64,000 nucleotides of DNA. Origin: Candidatus Latescibacterota bacterium (GTDB lineage Bacteria > Latescibacterota > UBA2968 > UBA8231). The translations under genes and the position numbers were made by a program. The DNA is taken from contig OZ241362.1 in assembly GCA_965200315.1 (NCBI GenBank), positions 384,001 through 448,000 of the forward strand. Reading direction: 5' to 3'. Under the pieces are notes generated by a model. It made no database searches. It was not told the DNA's origin and worked only from the letters and a program-made list of their open reading frames with translations. Positions 36,682-47,735 of this stretch are shown here, in pieces (the stretch's first letter is position 1; each line of letters opens with the position of its first letter).

Positions 36682-39564
36682 TTACACCACGATATTAACA
36701 ATTTTATCCGGCACCCATATAAAGCGCTTTATTGCCGTTTCATCGGCCACGTATTTCTGGATGCTCTCCATATCGAGTACCAAGGACTTGATTGCGTCCT
36801 CGGCGGTGCTGACGGGCACTTTGACTTGTCCGCGCATTTTGCCGTTGACCTGAATGGGGACTACGATCAGGTCCTCAGCGGCCTTGGCTGCATCCCAGTC
36901 AGGCCAACTCTGGCGACTAAGCTCTCCCCTCCCCAAGCCCGCCAGTTCCCAGATCTCCTCGGCAATATGCGGAGCAAAGGGCACCAGCAGGATCAAAAAC
37001 GGCTTAGCAACCGCCTGCGGTACTTCGTCTAAAGACACCAACTGGTTGTTTAACTCGATCAAGGCGGCAATCGCCGTATTAAACCGCAACCCCTCTATGT
37101 CCTCAGCTACCTTTTGGATGGTTTGGTGCAGCTTTCTTTCTAGGTCAGGTCCCAACACCGCGCTCGCCCCTATCTTCACGCGCCGGTCCGAATCGACAAA
37201 GTTGCGCCAAACGCGCTGCAAGAAGCGCTGCATCCCGCGAATGCCTTCCATGCTCCACGGAGCACTCGCTTCGAGTGGCCCCATGTACATTTCGTATAGC
37301 CGCAGGGTATCCACGCCAAATTCCTCGCCAATTTCTTCGGGCGGCAACCCATTTTTGTAGCGCTTGCCCATTTTGCCGAAAGACTGGCGTAGCACCTTCC
37401 CCGTCCCCTTTTCAACAGGCTCCCCATCGCGGAATTCGACCTCGCGGATGTCGATATACACACCGCGCTCGTCCTGAAAGGCATCCGCGGTCATCATGCC
37501 TTGGTTGAACAACTTCTTAAACGGCTCAGGCGTGGATACGTGGCCCAAGTCGTAGAGGGCCTTGTGCCAAAACCGAGCGTAGAGCAAGTGCAATACCGCG
37601 TGTTCAGCACCGCCGATGTAGAGATCAACGGGCATGAAGTAGCTCTCTTTGGCCGGGTCGCAGAAGGCTTCTTCGTTGTGCGGATCGATAAAGCGGAGAT
37701 AATACCAGCAAGAACCGGCCCATTGGGGCATGACGTTGAGTTCGCGCCGGCAGGCCACTCCGTCAATTTCCACTGTCGTCCACTCTGTTCCGGCCCGGTG
37801 CAACGGCGGTGCAACGGGTTGGGTGGGATCGTCAGAGGTTTCCGGTCTGAAATCCTCTAAGTCCGGCAGCGCCACCGGAGGCACCACCGCGACGGAATAT
37901 CCATCGGGGTGCGTGGCCAGTGGAAAGGGCTCGCCCCAATAGCGCTGCCGAGCAAAGGTCCAGTCGCGCAATTTGTAGTTTACCGCGGCTTGGCCACGCC
38001 CTTGGGAGACTAGTACGGCGACGATCTGAGCTTTGGCCGCGCCCGTTGCCAAGCCGTTAATGGCGTATGGATTATCTCCGCCCCGTACTGGAGAATTGAT
38101 CGCAGTTCCCTCCCCGGCATACCACTCCTCGGCCCTTCCCTCCCCTCCAGTAACTACCTTCACAATGTCTACGTTATAGGTGGCGGCAAAGGCGAAATCG
38201 CGCTCGTCGTGGGCCGGCACCGCCATAATGGCACCCGCGCCATAGTCCATGCTGACGTAGTCGGCGACGAAAATGGGAATTTTTTGTCCGTTGACTGGAT
38301 TGCGGGCATAGATGCCGGAGAAAATGCCCGTTTTTTCCTTGGTTTCATCCGCTGTGGAGACGGCAACCTGAGCTACGTATTGGGCTACCGCTTCCCGGAT
38401 GGATTCCCCGCCTCCCTTCCACTGCTCCGGCGTTCCGTCGGGCCAGACGCTGGGCACTAAGTAGGCTTCCCCGGCGGGATCCACCAGCGGATGCTGAGGG
38501 GCAATCGCCATAAAGGTCGCTCCGAAAAGCGTGTCGGGCCGGGTCGTGAACACGGGCAATTGCCCAGCGACCGCGTCGCTTTGCGGGTCAAGGACATCGA
38601 AGCACACTTCAGCTCCTTCGCTGCGGCCGATCCAGTTGCGCTGCATCCGTTTGATAGGCTCTGGCCAATCGAGACGAAAGGGCGCGCCGTTGCGGTCCTC
38701 CAGCTCAAAGTCCAAGTCCTCTAAGAGCCGCTCGGCGTAAGCTGTTATGCGCATCGTCCATTGTCGCAGTGGTTTGCGATACACGGGAAAATCGCCCCGC
38801 TCGCTGCGGCCTTCGCTGTTTACCTCCTCGTTGGCCAATACAGTGCCCAAGCCCGGGCACCAGTTGACGACGGCCTCTTGCTGGTACGCTAGTCGGTAGT
38901 TGTTTAACACAGCTTGCTGCTGGGCCGTGGTTAGTGCAGACCAAGCTGCATCGGTGCTGAGCACTTGGCAATCTGCGGCCGACAGGGCCCTGCCAGCCGC
39001 AAATTGGGCCTCTAAGTCGGCGATGGGCTTGGCTCGTCCCTTTATTTGGCGTCCATTGCCGTCTTCCCAGAGCTCGTCTGCGTCGAAATAGCTGTCGAAT
39101 AGCTGGGCAAAAATCCACTGAGTCCAGCGGTAGTATGACTCCCGCGACGTGACCACTTCGCGGCCCCAATCAAACGAGAGTCCAAGAAACTGCAATTGGC
39201 TGCGCATCGCAGCGATATTCTGCTCTGTTACAGCCGCTGGATGGATGTTGTGTTCGATCGCGTATTGCTCGGCCGGCAATCCGAAACTGTCGAACCCCAT
39301 CGGATGCAGGACGTTAAATCCCTGCATCCTTTTGTAGCGGCTGTAGATGTCGCTGGCGATATACCCTTTGGGATGGCCGATGTGTAGCCCGGCGCCGCTG
39401 GGATAGGGAAACATATCGAGGATGTAGCACTTGGGTTTGCGGTCGTCGAAACCAACCTCCCCCGGCCCCAGCGTTTGATAGGTTTTCTCCTGCTCCCAAT
39501 GGGACCGCCATTTGGTTTCGATGTCTTGGAAATTGTATTGGTCTTTTTTTTGTTTTGTTGACAT
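36682..39564 (-). CDS. leuS: Leucyl-tRNA synthetase
   Basis: MFPYPSGAGLHIGH, FTTRPDT, GGAEHAVLHLLY, KMGK. Confidence 0.98.
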   Translation of the reverse strand: MSTKQKKDQYNFQDIETKWRSHWEQEKTYQTLGPGEVGFDDRKPKCYILDMFPYPSGAGLHIGHPKGYIASDIYSRYKRMQGFNVLHPMGFDSFGLPAEQYAIEHNIHPAAVTEQNIAAMRSQLQFLGLSFDWGREVVTSRESYYRWTQWIFAQLFDSYFDADELWEDGNGRQIKGRAKPIADLEAQFAAGRALSAADCQVLSTDAAWSALTTAQQQAVLNNYRLAYQQEAVVNWCPGLGTVLANEEVNSEGRSERGDFPVYRKPLRQWTMRITAYAERLLEDLDFELEDRNGAPFRLDWPEPIKRMQRNWIGRSEGAEVCFDVLDPQSDAVAGQLPVFTTRPDTLFGATFMAIAPQHPLVDPAGEAYLVPSVWPDGTPEQWKGGGESIREAVAQYVAQVAVSTADETKEKTGIFSGIYARNPVNGQKIPIFVADYVSMDYGAGAIMAVPAHDERDFAFAATYNVDIVKVVTGGEGRAEEWYAGEGTAINSPVRGGDNPYAINGLATGAAKAQIVAVLVSQGRGQAAVNYKLRDWTFARQRYWGEPFPLATHPDGYSVAVVPPVALPDLEDFRPETSDDPTQPVAPPLHRAGTEWTTVEIDGVACRRELNVMPQWAGSCWYYLRFIDPHNEEAFCDPAKESYFMPVDLYIGGAEHAVLHLLYARFWHKALYDLGHVSTPEPFKKLFNQGMMTADAFQDERGVYIDIREVEFRDGEPVEKGTGKVLRQSFGKMGKRYKNGLPPEEIGEEFGVDTLRLYEMYMGPLEASAPWSMEGIRGMQRFLQRVWRNFVDSDRRVKIGASAVLGPDLERKLHQTIQKVAEDIEGLRFNTAIAALIELNNQLVSLDEVPQAVAKPFLILLVPFAPHIAEEIWELAGLGRGELSRQSWPDWDAAKAAEDLIVVPIQVNGKMRGQVKVPVSTAEDAIKSLVLDMESIQKYVADETAIKRFIWVPDKIVNIVV

Positions 39565-39583
39565 AATTATCCTTATAAGACAC
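39557..39583 (-). other. dif-like site 5: GTGTCTTATAA-GGATAA-TTATGTCAAC
   Basis: Begins immediately after the asnS stop; the leuS ATG lies inside the right arm. Confidence 0.8.
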
Positions 39584-40888
39584 TTATGGATAGAGACGCT
39601 GTATCATGCGCGGAAATGGAATGGTCTCGCGCACGTGCTTGACGCCGCACAACCAAGCGACCATCCGCTCGATTCCCATGCCGAAGCCAGCGTGCTCGAC
39701 CGAGCCGTAGCGCCGCAAGTCGAGATACCAGCTAAAGGCTTCTTGGGGCAACTGATGCGCGGCAATTTTGTGCTGCAAGACAGCGAGATCGTCTTCGCGT
39801 TGCCCGCCCCCGATGATTTCCCCGTACCCTTCGGGGGCCAACAGGTCCATACACAGGGCCAAGCGGCGGTCTTGGGCATCTTCTTTCATGTAGAATGCCT
39901 TGACCGCGCTGGGATAGCGGTGGACGAAAACCGGCGACTCGAACTCGGCGGCGAGAATGGTTTCGTCATCCCCGCCCAAATCACTCCCCCAAGCGATGTC
40001 GCTGCCTAGGGCTGTCAGGCACTCGATGGCCTTATCATAGGTCAGGCGCGGAAAGGGCCGCCTGACCTGTTCCAGCTTGGCGGTATCTCGCTCAAGCAGC
40101 TCGAGCTCTGCGCGGCGGCCGTCGAGTACGCGGTCGAGCACGTACAAAACCATGTCCTCGGCCAAGGCCATCGCACCCTCTAAATCGCAATACGCCATCT
40201 CCGGTTCGATCATCCAAAACTCGGTCAGGTGCCGACGGGTCTTGGACTTTTCCGCACGGAACGTCGGGCCAAAACAATAGACCTTGCCCAAAGCCATGGC
40301 GGCCGCTTCCATATAGAGCTGGCCGCTCTGTGTTAAATAAGCCGTGTCATCGAAATACGCAGTCTCAAACAAGGTCGAGGTCCCCTCACAGGCCGCGGGC
40401 GTAAAAATCGGCGCATCCACGAGGACAAAGCCACGCGTTTCCATGAAGTCGCGGCAGGCTTTGCAAATTTCGCTGCGGATCTTGAGAATGGCCCCCGGAC
40501 GAGAAGACCGCAGCCACAAGTGGCGGTGGTCGAGGAGAAAGGACACCCCGTGTTCCTTCGGCGTGATGGGATAAGGCTCGGCCTCCTGCACGACTTTGAG
40601 ATCGCTGACCCCCACCTCATAGCCGATGGGCGAGCGCTCTTCCCGCCGCACTTGGCCGCGGACTACGAGCGAAGATTCTTGCGGCAAGTGATCGCACCGT
40701 TCAAACAGCTCTGATTCGACATCCCCCTTAAAAACAACGCATTGCACCACACCACTGCCGTCGCGCAGTTGCAAAAAATGCAGCTTGCCGCTCGAGCGCT
40801 TGTTGTACAACCAACCGCGCAACACCACTTCTCGGCCCTCATAGCGACCGATGTCAGCCACCTGAATCAACACCATTTGCTTATCCAT
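39584..40888 (-). CDS. asnS: Asparaginyl-tRNA synthetase
   Basis: [45 protein letters not shown]. Confidence 0.96.
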   Translation of the reverse strand: MDKQMVLIQVADIGRYEGREVVLRGWLYNKRSSGKLHFLQLRDGSGVVQCVVFKGDVESELFERCDHLPQESSLVVRGQVRREERSPIGYEVGVSDLKVVQEAEPYPITPKEHGVSFLLDHRHLWLRSSRPGAILKIRSEICKACRDFMETRGFVLVDAPIFTPAACEGTSTLFETAYFDDTAYLTQSGQLYMEAAAMALGKVYCFGPTFRAEKSKTRRHLTEFWMIEPEMAYCDLEGAMALAEDMVLYVLDRVLDGRRAELELLERDTAKLEQVRRPFPRLTYDKAIECLTALGSDIAWGSDLGGDDETILAAEFESPVFVHRYPSAVKAFYMKEDAQDRRLALCMDLLAPEGYGEIIGGGQREDDLAVLQHKIAAHQLPQEAFSWYLDLRRYGSVEHAGFGMGIERMVAWLCGVKHVRETIPFPRMIQRLYP

Positions 40889-40901
40889 ATACCGTTATAA
40901 T

Positions 40902-40940
40902 AAGAAAAGACTATCGAGCTAGACTCGATAGCCTTCTCTT
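40902..40940 (-). terminator. Hairpin downstream of pnp
   Basis: CTATCGAG-CTAGA-CTCGATAG stem with T-rich flanks. Confidence 0.6.
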
Positions 40941-40961
40941 CGTCTAGCTCAAGGCCAGCAT

Positions 40962-43031
40962 TTACTTCTTTAACAGAGCCTTGTGGCTGAGCCGCATCTT
41001 GCCGCCGGTATCGATTTCGAGGACCTTGACGGCGATCCTGTCCCCTTGCCCAACGACGTCTTCGACCTTGTCCACGCGCCGATGCGCCAGCTCGGAGATG
41101 TGCAACAGGCCCTCCTTGCCAGGCAGAATCTCGACGAAGGCCCCAAAAGGCATGATCCGTTTGACCACCCCGTCGTACTCTTTACCGACTTCGGCGTCGG
41201 CCGTGATTCCCTCGATCATGCGCCGCGCCTCTTCGGCTGGACCTGCTTCAACCGAGGCAATGGTAATCGTGCCGTCTTCATCGACATTGACCGTGGCACC
41301 GGTCTTTTCGATCTCGCGGATGGTTTTGCCCCCCGGGCCGATGACCGCGCCGATTTTGCTCTGGTCGATCTTGACAAACTCAATGCGCGGTGCCCAGCGC
41401 GAAAGCTCGGGCCGCGCTGGGCTCAGACATTCGTTCATAAGGGCCAATACTTGGTCGCGCCCCTCCTTGGCGCGGTCAAGGGCCTCCTTGAAAATGTGGA
41501 GCTGCAAACCCTGGATCTTGATGTCCATCTGAATCGCGGTAATTCCGTCCTTGGTGCCAGCGACTTTGAGGTCCATGTCGCCGAGAAAATCTTCGGCGTC
41601 GCGGATGTCGGTCAGTAGCTCGTACTCGTCCCCTTCCTTGACCAAGCCCACACCCGTGCCGCACACCGCAGTTTTAACGGGAATACCGGCGTCCATCAAG
41701 GCGAGCGAGCAGCCACACACCGTGGCCATAGAACTGGAGCTGCTCGACTCGGTTATGTCGGACACTAAGCGAATCGTGTAGGGAAAAGATTCAACTGATG
41801 GGATGACCGGCTCTAAGGCGCGCTCGGCCAAATGCCCATGGCCGATGTCCCGCCGTCCCGGCCCGCGCTCAAAGCGCACTTCGCCAACCGAATACGGCGG
41901 GAAATTGTAATCCAAGTAATAGGACTTAAACCGCTTGCCTTGCAGATCGTCGGCCATGCGCTCGTCGAGCTTAGTGCCCAGCGTCGCCACGCAGAGCGCT
42001 TGCGTCTGTCCACGAGTAAACAGCGCCGAGCCGTGCGTCCGCGGCAACACCGTACTCTCGCAGGTAACGTCTCGCACCGCGTCGAGTGCGCGGCCGTCGA
42101 TGCGCCGCTTTTCCTTGAGGATCATGGTGCGCATGTCGGCCTTGAGTAGCGCTTCTAGCTCGGCCAAGATGAGCTTTTCCGAGTCTGGAAAGCGCTCGGC
42201 CAAACCCTCCAAAACGTCGGCATTGATCGCGTCGATGCGCTCTTGTCGCTCTTCTTTGCGCGGACTTCTGTTGGCCTCGGCGATCCGTTCTTGCGCCAGC
42301 TCGACAACGGCGTGGACCAGTTCGGGCTCGGCTTCTGCGACCTCGACGACAATTTTCTCCTTGCCGACTTCAGCAACCAGCCGCTCCTGTAGATCGACCA
42401 GTTCGGCGATGCATTCGTGGCCAAAGGCCAACGCATCCACCAGATCTTGCTCGGCAATCTCGTGGGCACCCCCTTCGACGCTGACGATGGAATCGGCCGT
42501 ACCGCAGACAATGATTTCGAGATCGGACTCATCTAGCTGGGCGGAAGTCGGATTGGCGACAAACTCGCCGTTGATGCGCCCGACTCGCACGGCCCCCATG
42601 GGGCCAGCAAAGGGAATGTCGGAGATACTCAAGGCCGCTGAAGCCCCGATTAAACCCAAGACATCAGCGTCGTTTTCGCCATCGTACGAAAGCACTGAAA
42701 CATAGACTTGGATCTCATAGGGAAACTTCTTGGGAAACATCGGCCGAATGGGGTGATCTATTAACCGGGCACTCAGGGTTTCCTTTTCGGAGGGACGCCC
42801 TTCGCGCTTGAAGATGTTGCCCGGTATCTTGCCGCCAGCGTAGGCCTTTTCCCGGTAATCTACGATCAAGGGCAGAAAGCCCCGATCTTCCGGCTTGTTA
42901 GTCCGGCAGGCTGTTACCAGCACTACGGTCTCTCCGTATTGCATCCACACAGCCCCGTTGGCTTGCTTGGCGATTCTGCCCGCTTCAAGCGACAGACTCC
43001 GCCCGCCTATTTCGCGTTCGAGTTTAGTCAT
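40962..43031 (-). CDS. pnp: Polyribonucleotide nucleotidyltransferase
   Basis: RTHGSALFTRGQTQ, EDFLGDMD, KH and S1 domains. Confidence 0.97.
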   Translation of the reverse strand: MTKLEREIGGRSLSLEAGRIAKQANGAVWMQYGETVVLVTACRTNKPEDRGFLPLIVDYREKAYAGGKIPGNIFKREGRPSEKETLSARLIDHPIRPMFPKKFPYEIQVYVSVLSYDGENDADVLGLIGASAALSISDIPFAGPMGAVRVGRINGEFVANPTSAQLDESDLEIIVCGTADSIVSVEGGAHEIAEQDLVDALAFGHECIAELVDLQERLVAEVGKEKIVVEVAEAEPELVHAVVELAQERIAEANRSPRKEERQERIDAINADVLEGLAERFPDSEKLILAELEALLKADMRTMILKEKRRIDGRALDAVRDVTCESTVLPRTHGSALFTRGQTQALCVATLGTKLDERMADDLQGKRFKSYYLDYNFPPYSVGEVRFERGPGRRDIGHGHLAERALEPVIPSVESFPYTIRLVSDITESSSSSSMATVCGCSLALMDAGIPVKTAVCGTGVGLVKEGDEYELLTDIRDAEDFLGDMDLKVAGTKDGITAIQMDIKIQGLQLHIFKEALDRAKEGRDQVLALMNECLSPARPELSRWAPRIEFVKIDQSKIGAVIGPGGKTIREIEKTGATVNVDEDGTITIASVEAGPAEEARRMIEGITADAEVGKEYDGVVKRIMPFGAFVEILPGKEGLLHISELAHRRVDKVEDVVGQGDRIAVKVLEIDTGGKMRLSHKALLKK

Positions 43032-43121
43032 TAGATATATCTTTTACTCTTTCCTTTGGAGTTTTGAAATCTGCGCGGCACTCGTATGAGCACCGCAGTG
43101 AGTCGAGTCGTTTAATGCGAG

Positions 43122-43394
43122 CTAACGGCGCAATCCCAACTCGCGGATCAACGCCGCGTACGCCTGCGGGTTTTTCTTTTGGTAGTAGCTTTGCAATCGC
43201 CTCCTCTTGCCTATGAGGACGAGTAACCCCCGCCGGGTGGCAAAGTCCTTGCGCTGGTCTTTGAGGTGTTCGGTCAGGTTCCGAATGCGCTCGGTAAGAA
43301 TGGCAATCTGCACCGGGGTGGCCCCCGGACCGCCCTCTTGACCGAACTTCTCGATCAGTTCTTTCTTGCGCTCAGTTGTTATGGACAACGGCAA
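43122..43394 (-). CDS. rpsO: 30S ribosomal protein S15
   Basis: VQIAILTERI..LTEHLK...KD..TRRGLL...GKRRRL...LGLRR. Confidence 0.95.
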   Translation of the reverse strand: MPLSITTERKKELIEKFGQEGGPGATPVQIAILTERIRNLTEHLKDQRKDFATRRGLLVLIGKRRRLQSYYQKKNPQAYAALIRELGLRR

Positions 43395-43810
43395 CCTCCG
43401 TATTTCACGCCGCGCTTTCCGCCTTCAGCACCGGAGGCGAATAGGGCGCGCGTTTGGTTAATGTCTTTGCGGATTTGTCCTACCAGCTCGTCTGGACAGG
43501 CAAATGCGCGTTGGTCGCGCAGCTTTTTTACGAGGGCAACCTGTAGGGTTTGTCCGTAGAGGTCGCCGGTAAAATCGAGTATGTGCAACTCGATGACTAG
43601 TGCTGCTTCGGCAAATGTGGGCCGAGGACCGAGGTGAGCCACGGCCGGCAAAACCCCACTTATAGGGCCTTGTACTTCGGCGGCAAACACCCCCTGCGGC
43701 AAGGATTTATGGCCGTGGGGTAGCAAATTGGCCGTGGGAAACCCCAGCGTTCTACCGCGTCCTTGGCCTCGCGTGACGCGGCCGGAAAAATGAATGCCAG
43801 TGCCCTTCAT
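43379..43810 (-). CDS. Riboflavin kinase domain only (C-terminal half of RibF)
   Basis: GRGRTLGFPTANL, GPRPTF, ELHILDFTGDLYG; no FMN adenylyltransferase domain. Confidence 0.88.
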   Translation of the reverse strand: MKGTGIHFSGRVTRGQGRGRTLGFPTANLLPHGHKSLPQGVFAAEVQGPISGVLPAVAHLGPRPTFAEAALVIELHILDFTGDLYGQTLQVALVKKLRDQRAFACPDELVGQIRKDINQTRALFASGAEGGKRGVKYGGCRCP

Positions 43811-44722
43811 CTAAGGTTGGCGCAAAACGCACAGGGGCCGCAATGCCCCCTTCTCCCACCGAGCGAGACCAAACAAGGTTTGTGCTGCGTCAAAAACTGC
43901 GCAAACTTCGCGCGGCCCTGCGCCAGTGGGGTGCTCAATTGCCTTCCCATGGGCAAAATCGACTAGCTTGCCTTCGCTCAGCTCCACGGCTGCTAGCTCG
44001 CTCAAGGCCAGTCGCGGATGGACGAGAGCCTTTTCAATTTGGCCTGCTCTACTCAGACTAGCTACTTGGTCTAACGTCAGGGCTTGGTCCAGCCCGAGAC
44101 CCCCGGCGCGCAGTCGGCACAATTCTGCCAAATAGGCACCCGTTCCCAAGGCGTACCCCAGATCGGCGGCCAGCGAGCGGATATACGTTCCCGCCGAGCA
44201 ATGGATTCTCACCCTTAGTCTGGGAAAATTGTAGCGGATCAATTCCATTGCGCGAATGTGAACTCGGCGGGATTTGAGGACCACCGCTTCCCCGCGACGC
44301 GCCCGCTTATACGAGCGCATCCCAGCTACCTTTACGGCTGAGTGCGCTGGCGGAACTTGGTCTATGACACCCGTAAAGTCGCGCAGGGCTTGGGCCACGC
44401 TTTGGTAGTCGGGAGGCGCGCAGTCGGCTTGGTGGTGGATCGGCCCTTCGGCATCGCCGGTAGCACTTACAGCCCCCAGACAAATCTCGGTCTCGTATTC
44501 TTTATCCGCGCCACTGAGAAACCGGTTGAGCCGGGTATAGCGCCCCAAACAAACGACCAAGACGCCGCTGGCCAAGGGATCGAGCGTTCCGCAGTGCCCA
44601 ATGCGCCGCAATTGCAACAGACGCCGGAGCGAGGCGATTACGTCGTGGGAAGTGGGGCCTTTGGCTTTGTCGATGACCAAAACCCCGGTCAGAGCCAGAT
44701 CAACCATGCTACGCGCTACCAA
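43811..44722 (-). CDS. truB: tRNA pseudouridine(55) synthase
   Basis: GHCGTLDPLASG, QVPPAHSAVK, CSAGTYIRSL. Confidence 0.96.
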   Translation of the reverse strand: MVARSMVDLALTGVLVIDKAKGPTSHDVIASLRRLLQLRRIGHCGTLDPLASGVLVVCLGRYTRLNRFLSGADKEYETEICLGAVSATGDAEGPIHHQADCAPPDYQSVAQALRDFTGVIDQVPPAHSAVKVAGMRSYKRARRGEAVVLKSRRVHIRAMELIRYNFPRLRVRIHCSAGTYIRSLAADLGYALGTGAYLAELCRLRAGGLGLDQALTLDQVASLSRAGQIEKALVHPRLALSELAAVELSEGKLVDFAHGKAIEHPTGAGPREVCAVFDAAQTLFGLARWEKGALRPLCVLRQP

Positions 44723-45053
44723 GACTATCGATGAGGGCCGTCAGGCGCACAGCGCGCTCGGTGGTTTCGTCGTATGCAACCCGCAACTGGGGTGCGTAGC
44801 GCAAGCGCATGCGTTGGGCAATCTCTCGGCGTATAAAACCCAAGCCCCGGTGCATCCCTTGGAGTACCTGCTTTTTGTCGTCTGCATTGCCGAGCGTACT
44901 GACAAAGATCGTGGCATAACTCATGTCGGCGGAGAGTTCTACATCCACTACTTGGACTAGCTGCAACCGAGGATCTTTCATCCGCCCTACGATGTCGGTC
45001 AACTCGCGCAGCAACTGCCCGCGCACTCGGCTAATTCGTTGCGGGGAGGCCAC
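44709..45053 (-). CDS. rbfA: Ribosome-binding factor A
   Basis: KDPRL, GFIRREIA.RMRLRYAP.L; position between infB and truB. Confidence 0.93.
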   Translation of the reverse strand: MASPQRISRVRGQLLRELTDIVGRMKDPRLQLVQVVDVELSADMSYATIFVSTLGNADDKKQVLQGMHRGLGFIRREIAQRMRLRYAPQLRVAYDETTERAVRLTALIDSLGSA

Positions 45054-45059
45054 CTGCCC

Positions 45060-45341
45060 TCAGTGTACTTCCATTTGGTAGTCGAGGATATGCACCCGGG
45101 GATCGCCTTCGACAAAGTTGACGATTTTGGTCAGCATCTCATCGCAGTGCTCAACGGCCGAACTCACCACGGCAATCCCCAACACCGCCCGCTGCCAAAG
45201 CGCGTGGTCATCTACTTCGGCCACGGCCGCGTTAAAGCGGTTGCGGATGCGCCCCTTGAGGCTGTTGAGGACTTGCCGCTTGTCTTTGAGCGAATGGCTA
45301 TCGCCGATATAGATTTGCACTGCACAGCTCATAACGATCAA
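45060..45341 (-). CDS. DUF503 (YlxP) family protein
   Basis: SHSLKDKR...RNRFN..VAEVD..ALWQRA. Confidence 0.92.
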   Translation of the reverse strand: MIVMSCAVQIYIGDSHSLKDKRQVLNSLKGRIRNRFNAAVAEVDDHALWQRAVLGIAVVSSAVEHCDEMLTKIVNFVEGDPRVHILDYQMEVH

Positions 45342-45357
45342 AACAACTCAACCGCCC

Positions 45358-47721
45358 CTACAGCGTCCGCTCAGTCTCGACCATAACCAAGGATTCGACG
45401 ATGTCGCCTTCTGAGATGTCGTCGAATCCCGCAAATCCCATGCCGCACTCAAATCCCTCAGAAACCTCGCGCACATCGTCCTTGAATCGCCGCAACGAAG
45501 TAAGCTCCCCGGTAAAGACGACTTGGCTATCGCGCAAAATACGCACCTGATTGCTGCGGGCGATGGTGCCGTCTTGCACCAAACAACCACCAATCGTCCC
45601 CATGCGGGACGAGGTAAAGATCTGGCGGATCTCGGCCCGGCCCACCACCTGTTCTTCGGTCGTTGGGGCCAAAAGGCCAGCCAAGGCGGCTCGCACGTCC
45701 TCGATGACCTCGTAGATGATGCGGTAGTTGCGAATTTCCACGCCTTCCTGTGCGGCGAGGTCGCGGGCCGAGGGTTGGGTGCTTACGTGGAAACCGAGCA
45801 AAATGGCACTAGAGGCCGCCGCCAATAACACATCCGATTCCGAGATAGCCCCCACCGCACTGTGAATGACGTTGACCCGCACTTCCTCGTGGGTTATGCG
45901 GCCCAGCTCTTCGGCAATGGCCTCGACCGACCCATCGACATCGCCTTTGACCACCACCCGCAACTCTTGGATGTGGCCTTGCTGGATTTGATCGTGTAAG
46001 TCGCTGAGCGTAACCGTGCGCAGTTTGCGGTGATCCTGCTCGCGCTTGATGAGCTGCCGCCGTTGGCTGAGGTCCTTGGCTTCGCGCTCGGAATTGGCAA
46101 CGGCAAAAACATCTCCAGCTTGCGGCACCCCGGGCAACCCGAGCACTTGGACGGGCACGGAGGGTTTTGCTTCTTCGACGCGCTGGCCATGCTCGTCGAG
46201 CAGGGCGCGCACCCTGCCGCTGTGTACGCCGGTAATAAAAGGCTCGCCGACACGCAACGTTCCCTCTTGCACCAAAACTGTAGCCACGGCCCCCCGCCCC
46301 TTGTCGAGATGGGCTTCGACAATCGTCCCACGCGCTTTCTTATGGGGATTGGCCTGCAATTCGAGCAACTCGGCCACAATGAGGAGCACTTCCAGCAAGT
46401 GGTCTATGCCCTGTCCGGTCTTGGCGGAAATTTCGGCACAGGGAATCTGTCCTCCCCACTCTTCGATTAAAACCCCTCTTTCTGACAATTCCCGTTTGAT
46501 CTTGTCTGGATCGGCCGTAGGTAAGTCTATTTTGTTAATCGCGACGACTAAGGGAACCTGCGCGGCCTTGGCGTGATCGATCGCTTCAATGGTTTGCGGC
46601 ATGACACTGTCGTCGGCAGCCACGACCAAGATCACAATGTCAGTTACTCTTGAACCGCGCGCCCGCATCGCCGTAAAGGCCGCGTGCCCTGGGGTGTCGA
46701 GGAACGTCACGCCCCGACCATCTTCCATGTTGATCACATACGCCCCGATGTGCTGGGTAATGCCGCCAGATTCCCCCTCAACCACCTTGCTTTCGCGCAA
46801 GTAGTCGAGTAATGAGGTTTTGCCGTGATCGACGTGGCCCATGACGGTGACGACCGGCGGACGCGGCTCGGGCTCGCCGATTTCTTCCTCCTCGACGATC
46901 TCATCCAACTCGGCTTCTTCGGCCTCCAGCGGAACCACTTCAAAACCAAACTCATCGGCCAGCGTCTGCATGGTGTCCATATCGAGGCGTTGATTGATCG
47001 TCGCCATGGTACCCAACTGCAAACACAGGGCGATCACTTCGCTGACCTTGACACCGAGTTGTTCGGCAAATTCGCCGAGCGTGATAAACTCGCTGACTTT
47101 GATCTGGCGAATCTCACCATCTCCCTCGGCATCATCTTCGTGCGGGCCACGCTCGTAGCGCCGGCGCACCCGACCCTCGTTGAGCTGACTCAAGGTTCGC
47201 CGTACGCTTTCTTGGACCTCCTTGGCATCGGGTGCCCCTTTGCGCCGCTTCCCTCGTCGGCGCTTTGTCGGCGACCCGGACCCGGGCAAATTGGCTTGGG
47301 CGGTTACTTCTTGCTTCTCGCCCAAGCCTTCGCGGACACTTTCTAAGCCGTCCTGACCCTTGCCGCGGCGGCGGCCGCGCCGCCGCCCTCCCTCGGCTTT
47401 GTCGGGTAGGGACACGGTGCGCTCCTCGGCGGCCCCTTTAACGCGCTGCTTGCCAGTCGCCGCCCCCCTTTCGCGGCGACGCTCGGGTCGCGAGCCAGCG
47501 GCCTGTTTGCGGCTGTCCTCTTTGGCCTTCTGCCGCTTTACCTCCTCTATCGAGCTTTTCTTCTCTTCAGCCAGCTTGCGGTTGATGGCCTCCAACATCT
47601 CGGGCGTAAGTACGCTCATATGGCTTTTTACTGCCATGTCCATGCCCTTGAGCATAGATATGAGCGCATCACTGGACAGCTTCTGTTCTTTGGCTACTTG
47701 ATAAACCCGGCGCTTTTCCAA
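45358..47721 (-). CDS. infB: Translation initiation factor IF-2
   Basis: [43 protein letters not shown]. Confidence 0.98.
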   Translation of the reverse strand: MEKRRVYQVAKEQKLSSDALISMLKGMDMAVKSHMSVLTPEMLEAINRKLAEEKKSSIEEVKRQKAKEDSRKQAAGSRPERRRERGAATGKQRVKGAAEERTVSLPDKAEGGRRRGRRRGKGQDGLESVREGLGEKQEVTAQANLPGSGSPTKRRRGKRRKGAPDAKEVQESVRRTLSQLNEGRVRRRYERGPHEDDAEGDGEIRQIKVSEFITLGEFAEQLGVKVSEVIALCLQLGTMATINQRLDMDTMQTLADEFGFEVVPLEAEEAELDEIVEEEEIGEPEPRPPVVTVMGHVDHGKTSLLDYLRESKVVEGESGGITQHIGAYVINMEDGRGVTFLDTPGHAAFTAMRARGSRVTDIVILVVAADDSVMPQTIEAIDHAKAAQVPLVVAINKIDLPTADPDKIKRELSERGVLIEEWGGQIPCAEISAKTGQGIDHLLEVLLIVAELLELQANPHKKARGTIVEAHLDKGRGAVATVLVQEGTLRVGEPFITGVHSGRVRALLDEHGQRVEEAKPSVPVQVLGLPGVPQAGDVFAVANSEREAKDLSQRRQLIKREQDHRKLRTVTLSDLHDQIQQGHIQELRVVVKGDVDGSVEAIAEELGRITHEEVRVNVIHSAVGAISESDVLLAAASSAILLGFHVSTQPSARDLAAQEGVEIRNYRIIYEVIEDVRAALAGLLAPTTEEQVVGRAEIRQIFTSSRMGTIGGCLVQDGTIARSNQVRILRDSQVVFTGELTSLRRFKDDVREVSEGFECGMGFAGFDDISEGDIVESLVMVETERTL

Positions 47722-47735
47722 AACTATTCCCTCAG

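Noticed and set aside
40878-40908. dif-like sequence at the asnS start (TTATAA-CGGT-ATATGGATAA)
   Set aside because: The spacer is only 4 bp and the right arm lacks the GT(A/C)AA core.
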